From an uncultured bacterium (GTDB taxonomy: Bacteria > Zixibacteria > MSB-5A5 > UBA10806), in the NCBI GenBank assembly GCA_965541585.1, contig CBEUCH010000005.1, positions 1 through 64,000 on the forward strand: a stretch of DNA of 64,000 nucleotides, given 5' to 3'. Positions 49,272 through 60,096 of this stretch are shown here, piece after piece. A program made the translations under genes and the position numbers. Under the pieces are notes generated by a model that was not told where the DNA came from, searched no databases, and worked only from the letters and a program-made list of their open reading frames with translations. How positions within the stretch are numbered: the first letter of the stretch is position 1; every line of letters starts with the position of its first letter.

Positions 49272-49691
49272 CTATTCTCCCACGAGCTGGACAATCAATT
49301 CGCGGGAGCGCGATCTGTTGTCAAAATCTGCCAAGATTATCTGCTGCCAGGTGCCGAGATCGAGACGGCTGCCATCGAACGGCACTGTCAATGAGGTCTT
49401 GATTAGAAACGATCTGAGATGCGAAAAGCCGTTGCCATCGCCCCAGGTCTTGTCATGCTCGTAAGGGACATTGCTCGGGATTATCTTCTCCAGAAATCGG
49501 GGGATATCCTCAAGGAGGCCCGGTTCATACTCGACGGTGCTGACAGCCGCGGTCGATCCGGTTACCGCCACTGTGCAGATCCCCTGAGTTAGACCGGATC
49601 TCTCCACTATGGCAGCGACATCGGAGGTGATATCGTGAATGCTGCAGAAGCCTTTGGTCTTGACTTTGATTTTGTCGCGATAGGCGGGCAT
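49272..49691 (-). CDS. yjbQ: YjbQ/UPF0047 family protein
   Basis: GSTAA, E..L..D, Y.HD, NG.SHLRS, LGTWQ; start at MPAYR (49691). Confidence 0.9.
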   Translation of the reverse strand: MPAYRDKIKVKTKGFCSIHDITSDVAAIVERSGLTQGICTVAVTGSTAAVSTVEYEPGLLEDIPRFLEKIIPSNVPYEHDKTWGDGNGFSHLRSFLIKTSLTVPFDGSRLDLGTWQQIILADFDNRSRSRELIVQLVGE

Positions 49692-49693
49692 AA

Positions 49694-50980
49694 TTACAGC
49701 GACGAATAGACTACATTCCCATCTACAATAGTCATGACCGGCTTGCCCTTCAGCTTCCAACCGGCGAAGGGGGTATTCCTCGAAAGGGATTTGAATTTGT
49801 CGGGATCGACTTCCCATTCGAGGTCAGGGTCGATGACTGTAATGTCGGCCGGAGCGCCTTCTTCAAATATGCCGCCCGGAATGTTCAATATTTTCGCCGG
49901 CGCCGTGGAGAGCCTGTTGACCGCCTGCGGCCAGGTCAGGATCTTTTTCCCAATGAGCTCGGTGACCACCAATCCGACCGCCGTCTCCAGCCCGACCATG
50001 CCGAATGGTGCATAGTCGAACTCGAGTTCCTTCTCCTCCACCGAATGGGGCGCGTGATCTGTGGCAATGGCATCGATGGTGCCGTCCTTCAATCCCTTTT
50101 TGATGGCCTCGACATCTTTTCGGGTGCGCAGCGGCGGGCTGACTTTCAGATTGGTATCAAACGACTTAACGAGATCATCCGTAAGCGTGAAACTATGCGG
50201 CGTGGCCTCCGCTGTAACATTGATACGAGACTTCTTCGCCTTTTTTATCAATTCCACCGATCCGGCTGTCGAGACATGCGCTATATGGATTCGGCTTTGA
50301 GTATATTCAGCCAGCATTATATCTCTGGCTACCATCAACTCCTCGGCCACCGACGGGATCCCTCTAAGCCCAAGCTGCGTAGATATATAGCTTTCGTTCA
50401 TTACGCCCGCGGCGGTCAGGTCGGAATATTCGCAATGGGATATCAACGGAACATCGCAGGCCCGCACATATTCGAGGGCGCGGCGCATGATATCGTTATT
50501 CTGTATACCCGAGCCGTCATCGGAAAAAGCCACCGCTCCGCAGCCGGACATCTCCAGCATCTCGGTTAGGTTTTTCCCTTTTCGCCCGACAGTTATTGCC
50601 CCGACTGGGTATACTTTCACCGGTGCCATCATGGATCGGTCGTTGATATATTCGACCGCTTCGACGTTATCGATAGGAGGCTCCGTGTTGGGCATGCAGG
50701 CTATTGACGTGAAGCCCCCGGCAGCGGCAGCCTCTGCCCCGGACATGATGGTCTCCTCATCCTCTCTTCCCGGTTCCCTGAGATGCACGTGCATATCTAT
50801 AAAACCGGGGCAAACCAATAAGCCTTTCAGGTCGATTCTGTTTTTACCGGAACCACCGGACTTTTTCCGCTTTTCGACTTTTGTGATCTTACCGCCGGAA
50901 ATATGAATCGTGCCTGTGCCCATAAATCCGGTTACCGGATCTACTATTCTGCCCCCGGTAAGCACCAGATTATTCTTCAT
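49694..50980 (-). CDS. pyrC: Dihydroorotase
   Basis: [33 protein letters not shown]. Confidence 0.96.
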   Translation of the reverse strand: MKNNLVLTGGRIVDPVTGFMGTGTIHISGGKITKVEKRKKSGGSGKNRIDLKGLLVCPGFIDMHVHLREPGREDEETIMSGAEAAAAGGFTSIACMPNTEPPIDNVEAVEYINDRSMMAPVKVYPVGAITVGRKGKNLTEMLEMSGCGAVAFSDDGSGIQNNDIMRRALEYVRACDVPLISHCEYSDLTAAGVMNESYISTQLGLRGIPSVAEELMVARDIMLAEYTQSRIHIAHVSTAGSVELIKKAKKSRINVTAEATPHSFTLTDDLVKSFDTNLKVSPPLRTRKDVEAIKKGLKDGTIDAIATDHAPHSVEEKELEFDYAPFGMVGLETAVGLVVTELIGKKILTWPQAVNRLSTAPAKILNIPGGIFEEGAPADITVIDPDLEWEVDPDKFKSLSRNTPFAGWKLKGKPVMTIVDGNVVYSSL

Positions 50981-51908
50981 CTATCTTACCTCTTCCGCCC
51001 GAGAGTAAATAGAGTAAGGCCATTCTCACCGCCACCCCATTGGTGACCTGCGGCAGAATAACAGAATGTGGCCCATCCGCAACTTCCGATGTGATCTCAA
51101 CACCCCGGTTGATCGGGCCGGGATGCATAATTGTGAAGTTTTCGTTGAGGTTTTTCAGGCGTTCACGCGTTATGCCGTAGAATCGGCTATATTCCCGAAG
51201 CGACGGCAGTAACCCTGCCTGTTGCCTTTCCTTTTGAATTCTCAGAACATTGACTACATCCGCACCCTGCAGAGCCTCGTCGATATCATCATAAACTGCC
51301 ACGCCGAATTTTTCCACCCCCACCGGCAAAAGAGTCCGCGGGCCGCAAACGGCGACATGGGCACCCATTGACAGCAGGCCCCAGATGTTGGAGCGGGCAA
51401 CTCGGGAATGCTTTATGTCTCCGACAATGACGACTTTCAATCCCTCGATATGACCATATTTCTCCCTGATGGTGAACATATCCAGTAATGCCTGTGTGGG
51501 ATGCTCGTGAGCGCCGTCACCGGCATTGATAATCGTCGATTCGCAGCAGGTTGAAAGGTAATGTGGCGCCCCGGCTGCCTGATGCCTGATGACTACCATA
51601 TCGATCCTCATCGCCTCGATATTCCAGACCGTATCTTTAAGACTTTCACCTTTGGCTACCGACGAACTTGAGGCTGAAAAGTTAACCGTGTCGGCGGACA
51701 GTCTCTTTTCAGCCAGCTCGAACGAGATTCTCGTGCGGGTGGAAGCCTCGTAAAACAGGTTAACAACCGTGACTCCACGGAGAGTCGGCACCTTGGGGAT
51801 TTTCCTGGCGAGAATTTCTTTGAATGATATGGTGGTGTCGAGAATCAGGTTTATATCATCGGCCGAAACGCCCTCGAGGCCCAGAAGATGGCGGATCTCC
51901 AGGCTCAT
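50970..51908 (-). CDS. pyrB: Aspartate carbamoyltransferase catalytic subunit
   Basis: [24 protein letters not shown]. Confidence 0.97.
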   Translation of the reverse strand: MSLEIRHLLGLEGVSADDINLILDTTISFKEILARKIPKVPTLRGVTVVNLFYEASTRTRISFELAEKRLSADTVNFSASSSSVAKGESLKDTVWNIEAMRIDMVVIRHQAAGAPHYLSTCCESTIINAGDGAHEHPTQALLDMFTIREKYGHIEGLKVVIVGDIKHSRVARSNIWGLLSMGAHVAVCGPRTLLPVGVEKFGVAVYDDIDEALQGADVVNVLRIQKERQQAGLLPSLREYSRFYGITRERLKNLNENFTIMHPGPINRGVEITSEVADGPHSVILPQVTNGVAVRMALLYLLSGGRGKIDEE

Positions 51909-52465
51909 ACCCCACCCCTACCGCTTCTGTCTATGATAACCTCGTCGATCCCGTCCTGCTCTTTCAGATGTACCTCGACCCGCTCCGAATGAGAGGTTGT
52001 CAAATCCCTGCCTACATAATCGGCCCTTATGGGAAGCTCACGCAATCCCCTATCCACGAGCACGGCAAGCTGTATAGCGCCAGGCCGTCCAAAATCAATA
52101 ATACTGTCCAGTGCCGCGCGCACTGTTCGCCCGGTGAATAAAACATCATCAACCAGAATCACTATCTTATCAGCGATGTCGAAGAGAATTTCCGTTTTCT
52201 GAACCAGGGGCTGGTCCAGCTTATCCTGAACATCATCACGGTATAGCGTTATATCCATTATCCCGACCGGCACATTCTTCCTGCCGATTTTACCCAAGAT
52301 CCCAGCCACTCTCTCGGCCAGTATCGCCCCCCTGGTTCGTATGCCTATAATAACGATTTTTTCAATTCCATTATTCCGCTCGATGATCTCATGACAGATT
52401 CTATTTAAAGCCAGCTTAATCGAATCTTTATTCATAATCCGCACAGTTGTAGCTTTTGCCATCAA
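51905..52465 (-). CDS. pyrR: Pyrimidine operon regulator / uracil PRTase PyrR
   Basis: [43 protein letters not shown]. Confidence 0.94.
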   Translation of the reverse strand: MMAKATTVRIMNKDSIKLALNRICHEIIERNNGIEKIVIIGIRTRGAILAERVAGILGKIGRKNVPVGIMDITLYRDDVQDKLDQPLVQKTEILFDIADKIVILVDDVLFTGRTVRAALDSIIDFGRPGAIQLAVLVDRGLRELPIRADYVGRDLTTSHSERVEVHLKEQDGIDEVIIDRSGRGGV

Positions 52466-52509
52466 GCCTCCGTTAAAATCACATTGTATCCTGTTTACAG
52501 TTCATATGC

Positions 52510-52600
52510 AAAAAAAATCCGCCTCGGTGGCGGATGATATCGGCTGGTTGATCCTTAAACATTTTCATACCGCTTCAATCGGTAAGATACCTCGATGCTG
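52510..52600 (-). promoter_or_regulatory. pyr leader attenuator (terminator, antiterminator, anti-antiterminator)
   Basis: Terminator ATCCGCC-ACCGA-GGCGGAT plus T-run (52510-52535); upstream hairpin TACCG-ATTGAAG-CGGTA; promoter TTGACT-N16-TAAATT at 52606-52633. Confidence 0.75.
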
Positions 52601-52653
52601 GCTTTAATTTAGTTTTGCAATCCACAAAGTCAAGCGAATTCCAGATGTCACTT

Positions 52654-54312
52654 TCAATGCGATTTTATATAGTCGGCAATCCGCCGTGGATCCAACGATC
52701 CCTCGGGGATTGCTATTCCTTTGTCTGCAAGACACTTGCGAAGCTTCACCAGCGGATCGTGGGCAAGACCCAGTTCAACTGAATGGGCCGGATCGGAGAA
52801 AAATTCGGCTGACGGTAAATCGAATACAATTCTTCCATCCCTCAAGCCTATAATTCTATCAGCCAGTTCAGATATGAAAGGAATGTCGTGACCGATCACA
52901 AGAACACCGGCACCCGAATCGGCAATTTCCCTGATGATGGCTGCAATATCTACCTGCGCCGATGGATCCAGAAAGGCCGACGGTTCATCGAGGATGGCGT
53001 AGTCCGGATCAGAGGTCAGGACACATGCAAACGACAATTTGCGCTTTTCGCCGCCGGAGAGAGAATCCACGATCCTATCGTCGAGCCCGGCCAGGCCAAC
53101 CTGCGATAAGATTGCTTCTATATCGATACCCTCTATCTCTAAATTCTTTGCCATGAATCCGATATCATCCGCCACCGTGGGGCCTATCAGCACTGCATCG
53201 GGAATCTGCCAGCTAATGCCGATGCACCGTCTGAGGGACCTGGAATCATACGCAGATAATGGTCTCCCCATCAGTTGAACATTGCCATTCTCAGGCTTCA
53301 AGAGCCCGGACAGTAAGAAGGCCAGAGTCGATTTCCCTGAACCTGCGGGACCGACCAGGCCGACTATCTGCCCTCTATACAGTTCTAAATTTTCTATATC
53401 TATTGAAAAGGAATTCGGGGAATATCTGAAATAGATATCCGTAGCGCGAATATAAGGGTCATTCGGCGTTGAAAAACCGGGCTTCTTTTCAATGGTTGTA
53501 TTCTTCCTTCTTTCAACATTCGCGCAGAAAGACTCGATAGCACCAGTTTCGGCATAATCGAATCCGAGCCACCTTTTACAGGCTAACCTTCTGGGCATCA
53601 TCGAACTGCGACCGGTAAGCGCATCATGATCTTCCAGGACTTCCCGGGGGTCTCCGTCAGCAACCAGATCCCCGGAGTCGAGAACCAATACTCTGCAAGA
53701 TCTTAATGCCTCGTCGGGATATTGAGTCACATGCAGAATCGTCAGATCATCATCACGGAGAGAATCGAGATGATCGAGCAGGATATGTCGAAAATGAGTA
53801 TCGAGAAATGTAGTCGGCTCATCCAAAAGCAGAACCTCCGGTAAAACCGCCAGGGCACATGCCAGGTTCACGACTTGCATTTGCCCTCCGGATAAGGAAT
53901 CGGGGCTTTTGCCGAGAAGATCCTGTAAGGAAAAACGCTCGATGATCTGCTCGAATCTACTTACCTGAACTTCATGTGAAAGGCCAAGATTCTGAAGCAC
54001 CGACAGGATTTCCCGTTTTACATCGGGCATTAGAAATTGCCCCGACGGCTCCTGAAATACCACGGCAACGGTGCCGAAAAAATCCTCGCCGAATTGCCCG
54101 GGAGAGACCATTCTACCGCATATCCTGATAGAACCGTTCTCGATAGGAACCATCCCGCATAAGGCTTTCAGCAAAGTCGTCTTGCCGGAACCGTTGGGAC
54201 CCAGCACAGCCAGGTATTGGCCCTTTTCCACATCGAGACTCAGCGAGGATATTGCGGGCAATATGCTGCCGTTGCGCCTGTATTCAACCCTTATATTCTT
54301 GATCTCAATCAT
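52654..54312 (-). CDS. ECF transporter ATPase, fused EcfA-EcfA'
   Basis: Two ABC domains (GPNGSGKTT/LSGGQ; GPAGSGKST/LSGGEK), VFQEP..QF EcfA-type Q-loop. Confidence 0.85.
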   Translation of the reverse strand: MIEIKNIRVEYRRNGSILPAISSLSLDVEKGQYLAVLGPNGSGKTTLLKALCGMVPIENGSIRICGRMVSPGQFGEDFFGTVAVVFQEPSGQFLMPDVKREILSVLQNLGLSHEVQVSRFEQIIERFSLQDLLGKSPDSLSGGQMQVVNLACALAVLPEVLLLDEPTTFLDTHFRHILLDHLDSLRDDDLTILHVTQYPDEALRSCRVLVLDSGDLVADGDPREVLEDHDALTGRSSMMPRRLACKRWLGFDYAETGAIESFCANVERRKNTTIEKKPGFSTPNDPYIRATDIYFRYSPNSFSIDIENLELYRGQIVGLVGPAGSGKSTLAFLLSGLLKPENGNVQLMGRPLSAYDSRSLRRCIGISWQIPDAVLIGPTVADDIGFMAKNLEIEGIDIEAILSQVGLAGLDDRIVDSLSGGEKRKLSFACVLTSDPDYAILDEPSAFLDPSAQVDIAAIIREIADSGAGVLVIGHDIPFISELADRIIGLRDGRIVFDLPSAEFFSDPAHSVELGLAHDPLVKLRKCLADKGIAIPEGSLDPRRIADYIKSH

Positions 54313-54314
54313 AA

Positions 54315-54342
54315 GAAAGCCCCGATAGGCGGTCGGGGTGGG
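54315..54342 (-). terminator. Hairpin / probable terminator after gcvPB
   Basis: CCCCGA-CCGCCTA-TCGGGG followed by CTTTCTT. Confidence 0.5.
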
Positions 54343-54350
54343 GTGGATAT

Positions 54351-55820
54351 TCAGCCTTGGTATGAAACATCCGGATCTCTGGCAGCCGAGACCTCGTCCA
54401 ACCGAGTAACCGGTGTTTGGTGAGGCGCCGCTCTAACCTTCTCGGGATCGCTATCGATCTCGTCGGCAATCTCATTCATTATCCTGACGAAATCATCCAG
54501 TGAAGCTTTGCTCTCCGTTTCGGTCGGCTCGATCATCAGCGCTTCCGAGACGATCAAAGGAAAGTAGACAGTAGGAGCATGAACTCCGAAATCCAGAATG
54601 CGCTTGCCTATGTCCGAGGCTCTCACGCCTCTTGCTCTCTGCCTGCCCCCCGAAAGAATAAATTCATGCATCGTATCGCCATCGAACGGCAATTCAAATC
54701 GATGTCTTAATTTTTCTCTTAAATATGAGGCGTTTATAATGGCCGCCTCCGAGATTTCAGAAAGGCCGGCAGCGCCATTTTGACTTATATAACAATAGGC
54801 GCGGATCAGATTCCCTATGTTGCCATAGAAACCGTGAATCCTCCCGATCGTGCCGGGATGTTTATAATCGAGATAGAAAAAATCGGCGCCTTTCCGATCC
54901 TGCTTTCTGGCCACCACGGGAACCGGCAGAAACGGCTCCAGGGTAGAATTGACTCCCAGAGCTCCGGCGCCCGGACCGCCTCCCCCGTGAGGCGTTGAAA
55001 ACGTCTTATGCATATTGAAATGCACGACGTCGAATCCCATGTCTCCCGGACGGGCTAAACCGAGCAAGGCATTGAGGTTGGCGCCGTCCATATAGAGTAT
55101 ACCGCCGGATTCATGAACCAGATGCGCTATTTTCTGGATATCCGATTCAAACAGACCGAGAGTATTCGGATTGGTCAGCATAAACGCCGCCAGGTCATCT
55201 TTGCAATGTTCCGCAAGCGCATCAATATCTACCCTGCCGCCGGAGTTCGATGGTATCTGTACGACCTCGTATCCTGCCATGGTTACCGATGCCGGATTGG
55301 TGCCATGAGCCGAATCGGGTAATATTACTTTGCGCGGATTTCTTTTATTGCTGCGATGATATTCTCGAATCATCAGCAGCGCTGAAAACTCTCCCTGTGC
55401 GCCGGCGGCCGGCTGCAACGTTACCGCATCCATGCCCGCTATTTCACATAACATTTCAGATAGCTGATAGAGCAAGCGAAGTGTACCCTGAACCAGTTCG
55501 TCGGGGTAGAATGGATGCGCAAGCAGGAATCCCGGCAATCTGGCGAGATCCTCATTTATCTTCGGATTATACTTCATGGTGCAGGAGCCGAGTGGATATA
55601 TACCCCGGTCCACATGATGGTTCTTGAGTGAGAGCGAGATGAAATGTCTCATCACCTCCGGTTCCGAAACCGATGGCAGATCCGGCGGCTCGGTGCGCAG
55701 GCAATCTTCCGGTAAAATCTCCCGAATATCCGGCTGCGGCACGTCGAATTCGGGGAGAGAGATACCCGTCGTCCCTTCTTGAGACATATTGAAAATCAAT
55801 TTATCGTAAATACCCGACAT
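54351..55820 (-). CDS. gcvPB: Glycine dehydrogenase subunit 2
   Basis: PLGSCTMKYNP, AHGTNPAS, NMHKTFSTPHGGGGPG (PLP Lys), MIEPTETE; start at MSGIY (55820). Confidence 0.96.
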   Translation of the reverse strand: MSGIYDKLIFNMSQEGTTGISLPEFDVPQPDIREILPEDCLRTEPPDLPSVSEPEVMRHFISLSLKNHHVDRGIYPLGSCTMKYNPKINEDLARLPGFLLAHPFYPDELVQGTLRLLYQLSEMLCEIAGMDAVTLQPAAGAQGEFSALLMIREYHRSNKRNPRKVILPDSAHGTNPASVTMAGYEVVQIPSNSGGRVDIDALAEHCKDDLAAFMLTNPNTLGLFESDIQKIAHLVHESGGILYMDGANLNALLGLARPGDMGFDVVHFNMHKTFSTPHGGGGPGAGALGVNSTLEPFLPVPVVARKQDRKGADFFYLDYKHPGTIGRIHGFYGNIGNLIRAYCYISQNGAAGLSEISEAAIINASYLREKLRHRFELPFDGDTMHEFILSGGRQRARGVRASDIGKRILDFGVHAPTVYFPLIVSEALMIEPTETESKASLDDFVRIMNEIADEIDSDPEKVRAAPHQTPVTRLDEVSAARDPDVSYQG

Positions 55821-56671
55821 TACATTCCATCTTCGAGGTCGGCGATGCGCTTTTTTACCCATTCGGCGTTTTCACTTTCGGGATGCTCCTCAACAAAAAT
55901 CCGATATATCTTCAACGCCTTTTTCAAATCGCCCAGTTTCGCCGTATAGTTTCCTATCATGGCGGCAGCCTCGTCTGCCTCCTCTGTGCCCTTGAACATT
56001 CTTAATAGTTTTTCACAGGTTGCTATTGCTCTTTCATAATCTTTAGCACGTCCCTGAGTGTCGTGCATGGAGGCCATGGCTCTGGCTCCATATCCCTTCT
56101 CGTTATCAGAATCAAGCCCAATAACTTTTCCATAGTACTCGATCGCCTCGTCGTATCTGGAACGGCTGGCGTACTTCTCCCCGATCATAGAAAGATAATC
56201 AAGATTTTCCGGCTCATCGTCCAGGCGACTCAGATAATCTTCCAGGGTCTCTTTGCCCTGAAGATACAACTGGACCTGATTATAGAAATCCGTGGGGGGC
56301 AGATAACCCCAGATGCGATCGATCTCTTCGCCATCGGATTTTGTTATAACGATAGTGGGAAATCCTGAGATTGCGTACTCTTGAGCAAGAGCGGTATCGA
56401 CCTCGGCATTTATCTTAACAAAGACATAATCGAGGGACATGCCGATCACCAACGGATCGACAAAGGTAACAGTATCCAGGGCCTTACACCATTTGCACCA
56501 GTCGGTGTAGAAATCAATTATCATAGGCCTGTCAAAATCAACGGCCAATTCCCTGGCGGTCTCGAAATCGGTCTGGAATTCGATTTCTGCGGGTAACGGT
56601 TTTTTCTCTGATCCGCAGGAGAGCCCGATAACCGATATAACGAGAATCGACGATAGAATCTTATACCTCAT
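55820..56671 (-). CDS. Thioredoxin-family (WCKWC) plus TPR lipoprotein
   Basis: Lipobox GLSC; DFYTDWCKWC; FPTIV cis-Pro loop; C-terminal TPR-like helices; AGGAGG SD. Confidence 0.88.
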   Translation of the reverse strand: MRYKILSSILVISVIGLSCGSEKKPLPAEIEFQTDFETARELAVDFDRPMIIDFYTDWCKWCKALDTVTFVDPLVIGMSLDYVFVKINAEVDTALAQEYAISGFPTIVITKSDGEEIDRIWGYLPPTDFYNQVQLYLQGKETLEDYLSRLDDEPENLDYLSMIGEKYASRSRYDEAIEYYGKVIGLDSDNEKGYGARAMASMHDTQGRAKDYERAIATCEKLLRMFKGTEEADEAAAMIGNYTAKLGDLKKALKIYRIFVEEHPESENAEWVKKRIADLEDGM

Positions 56672-56754
56672 AATATCTCCTCCTGAGTTACTAAGATTTC
56701 CACAATATCGAGAATTCTTTTTTCGTATTGTCTCTCATCAATCATCTGGTTACT

Positions 56755-58092
56755 TTATCCTCCCGCTTTCGAGAGTTCGTAAACAAGATTATCAATCTGA
56801 CGCCTCGATCTTTTTTCGGTGACCGCCACCATCAAGCATCCCTTAAGCCCTGATTTAAATCGTCCCATATCGAGTCCGGGGACGATGCCCTTTTTGGCCA
56901 GCCTGCCGATAAGGCGATGCGGGGAGACCGGCGTTTCGACCACGAACTCTTTGAAAAATGGCCCGCTGAATTTTAATGAGAAACCGGGAATATCAGAAAT
57001 TTTCTCGGCTGCATAATGTGCTTTCGATAGACATAGTTTTCCCGCTTTTTCAAGACCCGATTTGCCGAGCAGCGATAAATATACCGTGGCGGCCAGGGCG
57101 CAGAGCGCCTGATTGGTGCATATGTTGGAGGTGGCACGGGCGCGTCTGATATGCTGTTCCCGCGTCTGCAGCGTCATCACATAGCCAATCCTTCCCTCTT
57201 TGTCCGTTGTCCGCCCGGATAATCGACCGGGCATTTTGCGAATGAATTCGCGGCGGGCCGACAATAGCCCCAGGTAAGGACCTCCATAGTTCAAAGGAAT
57301 GCCGAGACACTGACCCTCAGCGACCGCCAGATCGGCGCCGCAGTCGCCGGGAGGAGCCAGAATTCCCAGCGATAGAGGATCGTAGATATTTATATATATG
57401 GCCCCGGCTTCTTTGATATCCGCAGAAATCTCCGCAGGCTTTTCAATCAGCCCAAAGAAATTCGGGCTTTGTATTACTGCCGCGGCAGTTTTCTCAGAAA
57501 TCCTGGACCGAAGTCCTGAAAAATCAGTAATGCCATCATAAGTATCGATATACCTGATCTTCGCATCCCGCCCCGATAAATAGGTTTTCGCAGTTTCGAT
57601 ATAATTCGGATTGACCGATCGGGAGATCAACACCTCTTTCCTGCCGGTGTGTGAGACCGCCATCATCACCGCCTCGGCCAACGCCGATGCACCATCATAC
57701 AGGGACGCGCTGGTAACAGCCATTCCAGTCAACCTGGAGATGAACGTCTGAAATTCATACATGGTCTGAAGCGTCCCCTGTGCCGCCTCAGCCTGATAGG
57801 GGGTGTATGCCGTGTAATATTCCGAGCGCAGCAAAATATGATCGATTGCCGATGGCACGAAATGATCATACGCTCCCCCGCCGACGAATCCCGATTCGAT
57901 ATCACTGTTCTGTTTCGCAATAGACTGAAGCTCCCGGCCAAGTTCATGCTCCGATAATGGTCCCGGCAGATTCATCGGCCTTTTCAGACGCAGGCTGGCC
58001 GGAACAGATTTTATCAGGCTTTCAAAATCCGAAACGCCGATTTCCTCAAGCATACGCTTGCGGATTCCCGCTGAATTAGGGATATAACTCAT
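56755..58092 (-). CDS. gcvPA: Glycine dehydrogenase subunit 1
   Basis: YTAYTPYQAE..QG.LQ, S.YDGASA, LQTREQHIRR..ATSNICTNQ. Confidence 0.96.
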   Translation of the reverse strand: MSYIPNSAGIRKRMLEEIGVSDFESLIKSVPASLRLKRPMNLPGPLSEHELGRELQSIAKQNSDIESGFVGGGAYDHFVPSAIDHILLRSEYYTAYTPYQAEAAQGTLQTMYEFQTFISRLTGMAVTSASLYDGASALAEAVMMAVSHTGRKEVLISRSVNPNYIETAKTYLSGRDAKIRYIDTYDGITDFSGLRSRISEKTAAAVIQSPNFFGLIEKPAEISADIKEAGAIYINIYDPLSLGILAPPGDCGADLAVAEGQCLGIPLNYGGPYLGLLSARREFIRKMPGRLSGRTTDKEGRIGYVMTLQTREQHIRRARATSNICTNQALCALAATVYLSLLGKSGLEKAGKLCLSKAHYAAEKISDIPGFSLKFSGPFFKEFVVETPVSPHRLIGRLAKKGIVPGLDMGRFKSGLKGCLMVAVTEKRSRRQIDNLVYELSKAGG

Positions 58093-58095
58093 GAA

Positions 58096-58476
58096 TTACT
58101 TATTCTCTATAAAAGCCCCGTAATCGGCAGCCGACAAAAGACTTTTTAATTCTACAGAGTCTGAAACTCTAATTTTGATAATCCAGCCGTCGCCGTAGGG
58201 ATCGCTGTTTATGATGGAGGAATCGCCTTCAACATCACCGTTGACCTCGGCGACCTCACCTGTCAGCGGACTGAATAAGTCCGATATCGCTTTAACGGCT
58301 TCGATAGTGCCGAACGGCTTCAAACATTCAACCTTTGTGCCGACTCGGGGAAGTTCCACGAAAACAATGTCGCCCAGTTCACCCTGGGCATAATCGGTAA
58401 TCCCTACCGTGGCGATATCCTCTTCGAGTTTCACCCATTCGTGTTCTTTGCTATATAATAAATCTTCGGGAATCAC
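58096..58476 (-). CDS. gcvH: Glycine cleavage system H protein
   Basis: [26 protein letters not shown] (lipoyl Lys), N.DPYG.GW. Confidence 0.97.
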   Translation of the reverse strand: MIPEDLLYSKEHEWVKLEEDIATVGITDYAQGELGDIVFVELPRVGTKVECLKPFGTIEAVKAISDLFSPLTGEVAEVNGDVEGDSSIINSDPYGDGWIIKIRVSDSVELKSLLSAADYGAFIENK

Positions 58477-59867
58477 TTCTCCTCCTTGATCACCAGGTCT
58501 TCATCCAGCTCAGAATTTCCTTTCTCGGCCGCCAGAAACTTTTCAACAAAAGAATTATCATAATTGCCCAGGATAAAATCTCTGTCCTTAAATACCCGCT
58601 GGTAAAATTCTCTCGTGGTCGGTATCCCTTCGACTATAAATTCTTCCAGGCAACGTTCCATTCTCTTGATAGCCTCCTGCCTGTCGGCGCCTGATACTAT
58701 CAGCTTGGCGATGAGAGAATCGTAATTCGGCGGAATTACATATCCGGCATAGGCGTGTGTGTCAACACGTACGTTGTGTCCACCCGGAATATGGAACGCC
58801 GTTATCTCACCCGGAGCGGGGATGAAATTCCTATCCGGATCCTCAGCGTTAATTCGGCATTCCAATGTGTGTCCGGAAAAAGTGATATCCTGCTGTCCGA
58901 AAGAGAGCTTCTCACCCGCGGCAATCCTGATCTGTTCCTTAATAAGATCGATGCCTGTAACTTCCTCCGTTACGGGATGTTCGACCTGAATGCGGGTGTT
59001 GACCTCCATAAAATAGAATTCGTTATTTGAATCCACCAGGAACTCGAAAGTCCCGGCCCCTGTATAGCCTGCCGCCCTGGCGCCGCCCACTGCCGCCTGA
59101 CCCATTCTCTCGCGCAGCGGCACGGTCATTATGGGCGATGGCGATTCCTCAATCAGCTTCTGATGTCTCCGCTGAATTGTACAGTCGCGCTCTCCCAAGT
59201 GGACAGTGTTGCCGGATGAATCAGCCAGCGTCTGAATCTCCACGTGGCGAGGATTCGTAATGAATTTCTCAACATATACATCGGGATTACCGAATGCGAT
59301 GTTGGCCTCGGTCCTGGCAGTATTGAAGGCGTTATCCAGCTCCTTGCGCGATTTTACAAAGCGCATGCCGCGCCCACCACCGCCTGCTGTAGCCTTAATC
59401 ATAACAGGATAGCCGATGGCCTCGGCGGCAACTTCAGCCGCCTTGATATCGGCTACGTTTCCCAGCGAACCGGGAATTACGGGCACTCCGGCGCCCGCCA
59501 TGGTCTTCTTGGCCAGCGACTTATTCCCCAGGGCCCTGATGACGTCATGGTGCGGGCCGATAAATACGAGCTGGCAGGACTGACAGACCTCAGCGAAATC
59601 GGGGTTCTCGGCCAGAAAGCCGTAACCCGGATGGATAGCGCCTGCATTGGTAATCTCGGCCGCCGATATTATGCGACGCGGATCGAGGTAACTCTCGCCG
59701 GGAGGGGGCTTCCCTATACAGACGGATTCATCCGCAAAGCGAACGTGCAATGAATCAGCGTCCGCCTCGGAATATACGGCAACCGATGATATCCCCAGCT
59801 CCTTACAGGCCCTGATTATTCGTAAGGCTATCTCGCCCCTATTGGCGATCAAGATTTTATCAAACAC
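58473..59867 (-). CDS. accC: Acetyl-CoA carboxylase biotin carboxylase subunit
   Basis: [45 protein letters not shown]. Confidence 0.97.
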   Translation of the reverse strand: MFDKILIANRGEIALRIIRACKELGISSVAVYSEADADSLHVRFADESVCIGKPPPGESYLDPRRIISAAEITNAGAIHPGYGFLAENPDFAEVCQSCQLVFIGPHHDVIRALGNKSLAKKTMAGAGVPVIPGSLGNVADIKAAEVAAEAIGYPVMIKATAGGGGRGMRFVKSRKELDNAFNTARTEANIAFGNPDVYVEKFITNPRHVEIQTLADSSGNTVHLGERDCTIQRRHQKLIEESPSPIMTVPLRERMGQAAVGGARAAGYTGAGTFEFLVDSNNEFYFMEVNTRIQVEHPVTEEVTGIDLIKEQIRIAAGEKLSFGQQDITFSGHTLECRINAEDPDRNFIPAPGEITAFHIPGGHNVRVDTHAYAGYVIPPNYDSLIAKLIVSGADRQEAIKRMERCLEEFIVEGIPTTREFYQRVFKDRDFILGNYDNSFVEKFLAAEKGNSELDEDLVIKEEK

Positions 59868-60096
59868 AGTATTCCCACCTGCCCGTTTAAAACTTCAATT
59901 GCACAATATATCATATTTCGATCTACGATCAAACAGAATTTATCCCCGTTAGGGGAAGCGGACTAAAAACGTGATTCTCTTCTCCCATAGGGATTACTAT
60001 ACCTTTTAGCTCTTGGTAGAAGAAAACTCCAGGAATGGGGAGTAGAAATGTCGAAGATCCCCGGCTCTGCCGGGCGGCTGTGTTTGGAAGAACCTG

